From NCBI GenBank assembly GCA_963787125.1, contig CAWBBV010000001.1:544001-608000 (forward strand): 64,000 nt of DNA, written 5' to 3'. The notes below the pieces were generated by a model that saw only the letters and a program-made list of their open reading frames with translations, had not been told where the DNA came from and searched no databases. Shown here one piece after another: positions 59,616-64,000 of this stretch (positions are counted from its first letter, which is position 1; every line of letters starts with the position of its first letter). The position numbers and the translations under genes were made by a program. This DNA comes from an uncultured delta proteobacterium. Lineage in GTDB: Bacteria > Desulfobacterota > Desulfuromonadia > Geobacterales > DSM-12255.

Positions 59616-60593
59616 GTGACAAGACAGTCTGTAATAAAATCTGCGGCAGCTGCTGTATGTATTCTGGCTCTTTTCGGCTGCAACGGCAAGAAAGAGAGTG
59701 ATGTTAAAAAAGAGAGCAAGCCGTCAGGGCCAGTCCTTGCGGAGGTTGGCGGGACGACCATTACTGTTGAATCGTTTAAGAAAGAGATGGAAACTCTCCC
59801 CCCATACCTTAAGCCGATGACTGAGACGGCTGAAGGTAAAAAGGAGATGCTGGAGACCATGATCATTCGTGAGCTGATCCTCCAGGAGGCTTCCAAGGAC
59901 GGCATTGAGAATACTCCTGCTGTCAAAGAAAAGCTGGATGAGCTGAAAAAACGCCTCGTTGTCGAAGCGTATCTGAAGAAAAAAGTTGAAGAGCAGGCCA
60001 AGGTTTCTGATGAAGATCTGAAGAAGTTTTATGATCAGAACAAGGATAAATTCAAGACCGGCGATCAGGTGAAGGCAAGCCACATCCTCGTGAAGACAGA
60101 GAAAGAAGCAAAAGATGTTCTTGCCCAGCTCAAAGGCGGCGGCAACTTTGAAGAGCTTGCCAAGAAACTCTCTACCGATGGCGCAGCTGCCAAAGGTGGC
60201 GATCTCGGCTGGTTCGGCAAAGGCTCCATGATCCCTGAATTTGAAAAAGTAGTCTTTGCCATGAAAGAGAATCAGACCTCTGACGTCGTCAAGACAAAGT
60301 TCGGCTTTCATATCATAAAGCTGACCGGCAAACGGCCTGCTGGTGAACGCAGCTTCGAGGATGTCAAGGAGCAGATCAAGTCATCGATGCTGCCGGGCAA
60401 GCAGCAGGAAGTGTTTCAGAAATTGAAAGAAGATCTGAAGAAGAGCGGCAAGTACACGATCAAGGAAGATGTACTGAAAGGCCTTGGCGGCGCAGCTTCT
60501 CCTGAATCAAAAGAGCCCAAACCTGACGCGAAAGCGCTTCCGTCCCAGCCGCCTGCACCTGTTGCCCCAAAGGCGCCGGAAACTAAAAAGTAA
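59616..60593 (+). CDS. Parvulin-type peptidyl-prolyl isomerase lipoprotein (PrsA-like)
   Basis: GTG after AAGGAG; lipobox LFGC; ASHILV, GGDLGWF, FGFHII. Confidence 0.9.
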   Translation: MTRQSVIKSAAAAVCILALFGCNGKKESDVKKESKPSGPVLAEVGGTTITVESFKKEMETLPPYLKPMTETAEGKKEMLETMIIRELILQEASKDGIENTPAVKEKLDELKKRLVVEAYLKKKVEEQAKVSDEDLKKFYDQNKDKFKTGDQVKASHILVKTEKEAKDVLAQLKGGGNFEELAKKLSTDGAAAKGGDLGWFGKGSMIPEFEKVVFAMKENQTSDVVKTKFGFHIIKLTGKRPAGERSFEDVKEQIKSSMLPGKQQEVFQKLKEDLKKSGKYTIKEDVLKGLGGAASPESKEPKPDAKALPSQPPAPVAPKAPETKK

Positions 60594-60661
60594 CTTTGAC
60601 AGAGTTTCAAGTTTGACGAGGCCGGGTACCCCCCGGCCTTTATTTATTAAGGGTTATAACC

Positions 60662-61618
60662 ATGATAAATATAGTGATCTCAACAATTCTCATTACACTA
60701 CTTCTTTCTCCCTTCGCAGCAGCAGAGACACTGAGCGGAGTTGCGGCTATTGTTAACGATGAGATTATAACCTTGCGTGAACTTAACCGGGCGTATTCCG
60801 AGGCACTGAAAGAAGCAGCAACGAAGGGGGATGTTGCCCCTGAAACGGCGGCTAAGATAAAACGTGACGCTCTTGGCGCGATGATAGATAAAAAACTTAT
60901 CCGGCAAAGAGTGGTTGAACTGCGCATAGTTGTGTCTGATGATGAGGTGCGTCTCTCAATTGAGGACGTAAAAAAACAGAACAAGATGAGCCAGGAAGAA
61001 CTTGTTGCCGCGTTGCTCACCCAGGGGATGACGTTGGATCAATACAAGGCGCAGATGAAAGAACAGTTGGAGCGCCTGCGACTGATGAGCCAGGAGGTGA
61101 ACTCTAAAGTTCAGGTGAGCGAGAAAGAGATCAAGGATTACTATGAGAACAATCAGCGAAACTACACCGATGAAGAAGCGTATCGTGCCAGAGCCATTTT
61201 TCTGAGATTGGCAGAAAAAGCCACATTCCAGGACATAAGAGCGGTTGTGACCAAGATTGAGACTGCGACAGCAGCTGCTAAAAAAGGTCGGGATTTTACG
61301 GAACTGGCAAAGACGTATTCGGATGATGACAACGCTCAAAAGGATAGCGGTGATCTCGGCTTTTTCAAGAAAAGTGAAATGCTTCCGGAGCTGGAAAAAA
61401 TCGTACTTTCGATGAAGATTGGGGAAGTTGAAGTAATCGCCATTCCCGGTGGGTTCTATATACTCAAACTTGAAGAAAAAAAACCTGGCTACGTAAAGCC
61501 GTTTGATGATGTAAAGGGGCAGATAGAAGATACTCTTTTCCGGAGCAAGTCAGAGCAGCGCTTTACCAGATGGTTGGAAGAGCTGCGGAAAACTGCGACT
61601 ATTGAAGTAAAGCTGTAG
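60662..61618 (+). CDS. surA: SurA-family chaperone/PPIase
   Basis: AAIVNDEIIT SurA N-domain, GDLGFF. Confidence 0.82.
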   Translation: MINIVISTILITLLLSPFAAAETLSGVAAIVNDEIITLRELNRAYSEALKEAATKGDVAPETAAKIKRDALGAMIDKKLIRQRVVELRIVVSDDEVRLSIEDVKKQNKMSQEELVAALLTQGMTLDQYKAQMKEQLERLRLMSQEVNSKVQVSEKEIKDYYENNQRNYTDEEAYRARAIFLRLAEKATFQDIRAVVTKIETATAAAKKGRDFTELAKTYSDDDNAQKDSGDLGFFKKSEMLPELEKIVLSMKIGEVEVIAIPGGFYILKLEEKKPGYVKPFDDVKGQIEDTLFRSKSEQRFTRWLEELRKTATIEVKL

Positions 61619-61847
61619 ACTTCAGAACCGATTCTTAGTCGCCACCTGTGGGAAACAGCCGTAGATAGCGTCACTTCTGTTGAGCTAATCACTTCTTTAG
61701 CTCTAATTTTTCATTGAAAATCAACTGTCAATGAAATTAGAGGGCCAAAGTTTTGATTTCTTTCGCCGTTGACAATCCAGGCAGTAAGATGGTACTTATT
61801 TAAAAATTTTTGTATTCTTTCGAAACCTGTCAGAAGAGGTGTAATAA

Positions 61848-64000
61848 GTGGGTTTTTATAGATTTTTTCACAATGCCTCAAGCAGAGTTCTGATCGGTTT
61901 TTTCCTGATTGCCTCACTTTTCACCAGTCCGGCTTATTCTCTGGATACCAAGGATTCCGAGCTTTTTATTAACGGGTTTAATGCCTATCTCAAAAGGGAT
62001 TATCAGGTAGCAATTGATAATCTGTCAGGTTCTCTCGAGAAATATCCCGACTCTTCACTCCGGGACATGACCATCCTCTGGCTTTCCCGTTCTTACCTAA
62101 AGGCTGGAAACAAGAAGGAAGCCGGGCGCTACATGGCGCAATTTCTCAAGGAGTACCCCGACAATCCTTTAAAGAGCACTGTCGAGGAAGAGTTATTGGA
62201 GCTTGCAACGAAAGCTCCGCAGGTTGATGCCCCACCAGGGCAACAGGTTGCCAAGGCAGCTCCTGTTTCAGCAGCTGCCAGTCCTCCGGTTGTTGGCACG
62301 CCAAAGAATGAATCCGCCTCGAAAACTATCCCTCTTCTTGCGCAGGATGAAACTGCCAGGCTTGCTGATGAAAAACTTGCAGAAGAAAGGGTGGCGGCAG
62401 AGCGGTCAGCTCAGGCAAAGGCAGTTTCTGCTCGTAAGGAAGCGGAGCAGATTGCTTTGGAGAGGGCTGAATCCCAGCGTACTCTTTCTGCAGCAGCACA
62501 GCAGAAAGAACAGGACGCTCTGCAAGCAAAACTGTTAAGAGAGCAGGCCATTACTGAGTACAAAGCTGTTTTGGATCGCTATCCAGGCAGTCAGGCTGCG
62601 ACAAGTGCAAAAATCCGTCTCAAAGAGTTAGGGGTTGCCTATCAGGTAGCTGCGGCCAAAACAACCCCCTCAAGTCTGGTTATGGACGAAAAGTCAACCT
62701 TGCTCGCCGTTGAAGTCGGCCAACACGTTGAATTAGAGCTTAGCCTGGCCTCCGAGCAGCAGATAGTTGAAGTCGGAAAGCGCTTCACCATGCCTTTCGC
62801 AGTTATTAATCGGGGTAATTCTCCGGACAGCTTTACTCTGGAGTCGGGCTTCCCGGGTACTTACAAATTCCGTTTTGTTGCTGCAGCTGCGCCTGATTTG
62901 CCAGTCGTAAAAACTCCTCAGTTGTTGCCGGGCGAACAGTTTAACGGACTGATGCAACTGGAGATGCCTGCCATCTCCATGGATGGGGAGCGAAAGATAT
63001 TCCCTGTCAACGCGCACTCTGTGGCAGACGCATCTAGTTCACAATCCAGGTCGATTCGGTTGGTGGCAAAGGCTCCCGTGCTCAGGGTAGTTTTTAAAAG
63101 CGATTTGCCGCAAATAAGTCCCGGAGAACGTATCCCATACAAGTTGGTCTTGTTGAACGTCGGCTCTGCAGCTGCCAGAGATGTGTCGCTCAGAGTTACT
63201 TTTTCGCCTCAATATAATCCGGCTGATTTTACGGCAGCAGGATTCACGCTTGAGGGAAACAATGTGCTGGTCGTTTCAGGATTGCAACTGGCCCCGGGCG
63301 AAAGCCGGGAGATGCCACTTGCGATGCAGTTGAAGGACTCCGCTCTGGCCAGGGAAGAACTGTTCCTGCATGCGGAGATGATTAATCCTCTGCTTAACCG
63401 GACTGACACATTTATTTCTGCACCGGTGACCGTCAAGGCTGTTAGTGGCATTAATATCCTGGCAAATGCTCAAATTGTTACTGCCGTGCCGGGTCAGACC
63501 GTCACGGTTCTGCTGACCGTTACCAACACCGGCAACGTCCGCGATGATTTTGTGATTAAACCGCTGCAGGCAGAGAATCTAAGTCATTCATTTTATCTGG
63601 ATACAAACCGTGACGGCGTCAAACAGGCCAGCGAGCCACGGGTAAATCACGTCGGACCGTTGGCCCCCAAGGAAGTAGCTAATCTGATCCTTGAAATTAC
63701 GACTACAGCAGCCGAAAAGGATGGCGTCTCCATTCCTTTGACATTTACGCTGGACTCACAAAACGATCCTTCAAGAAAATCATCAGCAAATCTAAACATT
63801 GTTTATTCAAGACCGGTGCTGAACCTGACACTGGCAGGAAAGGGCGGGAAGATAAAGCCGGGCGAAGTCAATTCATTCGAGCTTTCTTGTGTAAATGCCG
63901 GCAGTGGGATGGCGAAGATGGTGGATGTTCGCAGCAGCCTTCCGGCTGAATTGGAACTGATCGCCTCTGAACCGCATGTTGCCGGTAATAACAAGGGGCT
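61848..64000 (+). CDS. Large exported protein: TPR, Ala/Glu-rich helix and Ig-like repeats (runs off the window)
   Basis: GTG after GAGG; signal peptide; YPDS/YPDN/YPGS TPR motifs; repeated V.N.GN..D.F beta-domains. Confidence 0.8.
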   Translation, partial: MGFYRFFHNASSRVLIGFFLIASLFTSPAYSLDTKDSELFINGFNAYLKRDYQVAIDNLSGSLEKYPDSSLRDMTILWLSRSYLKAGNKKEAGRYMAQFLKEYPDNPLKSTVEEELLELATKAPQVDAPPGQQVAKAAPVSAAASPPVVGTPKNESASKTIPLLAQDETARLADEKLAEERVAAERSAQAKAVSARKEAEQIALERAESQRTLSAAAQQKEQDALQAKLLREQAITEYKAVLDRYPGSQAATSAKIRLKELGVAYQVAAAKTTPSSLVMDEKSTLLAVEVGQHVELELSLASEQQIVEVGKRFTMPFAVINRGNSPDSFTLESGFPGTYKFRFVAAAAPDLPVVKTPQLLPGEQFNGLMQLEMPAISMDGERKIFPVNAHSVADASSSQSRSIRLVAKAPVLRVVFKSDLPQISPGERIPYKLVLLNVGSAAARDVSLRVTFSPQYNPADFTAAGFTLEGNNVLVVSGLQLAPGESREMPLAMQLKDSALAREELFLHAEMINPLLNRTDTFISAPVTVKAVSGINILANAQIVTAVPGQTVTVLLTVTNTGNVRDDFVIKPLQAENLSHSFYLDTNRDGVKQASEPRVNHVGPLAPKEVANLILEITTTAAEKDGVSIPLTFTLDSQNDPSRKSSANLNIVYSRPVLNLTLAGKGGKIKPGEVNSFELSCVNAGSGMAKMVDVRSSLPAELELIASEPHVAGNNKG

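Noticed and set aside
61873..61893. ATG start for the last gene
   Set aside because: It hits TGA after six codons; the open frame starts at GTG 61848.

Overview
64 kb of chromosomal DNA from a Geobacteraceae-like deltaproteobacterium. The assignment is inferred from the ato-type CoA transferase, the GEMM-I riboswitch sequence type and the ttcA/mfd/surA/mucR gene content. The right two-thirds is mostly ordinary: MacAB-type ABC exporter, sigma-54 regulator, ttcA, rluA, CoA transferase, degP/Q, EamA transporters, livKHMGF, czc-type RND efflux, mucR, SAM-I-controlled trans-sulfuration genes, tRNA-Gln(CTG), mfd and PPIases. The left third is a mosaic of small accessory modules. (1) An island at 17.8-22.7 kb carries vapBC and an XRE repressor. 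The repressor faces, across three TACA-N10-TGTA operators, a tightly coupled lipoprotein / DUF362 / SDR / acyltransferase operon. The SDR gene is shifted out of frame by a (CA)9 tract, a candidate phase-variable envelope-lipid system. (2) A promoter, 24-codon uORF and terminator element lies in front of the MacAB-type pump. (3) An A20-type (3',3'-cGAMP) GEMM-I ON riboswitch controls a HAMP/HD-GYP phosphodiesterase and a TPR lipoprotein. This module is bracketed by a DEAD-box helicase gene and a decayed copy of that gene's 3' end. (4) A frameshifted activase / double-cubane-type reductase pair lies next to a DUF445 gene, recalling E. coli yjiLMN. No CRISPR array, rRNA, transposase or prophage was seen. 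All calls come from reading the sequence; no searches were run.
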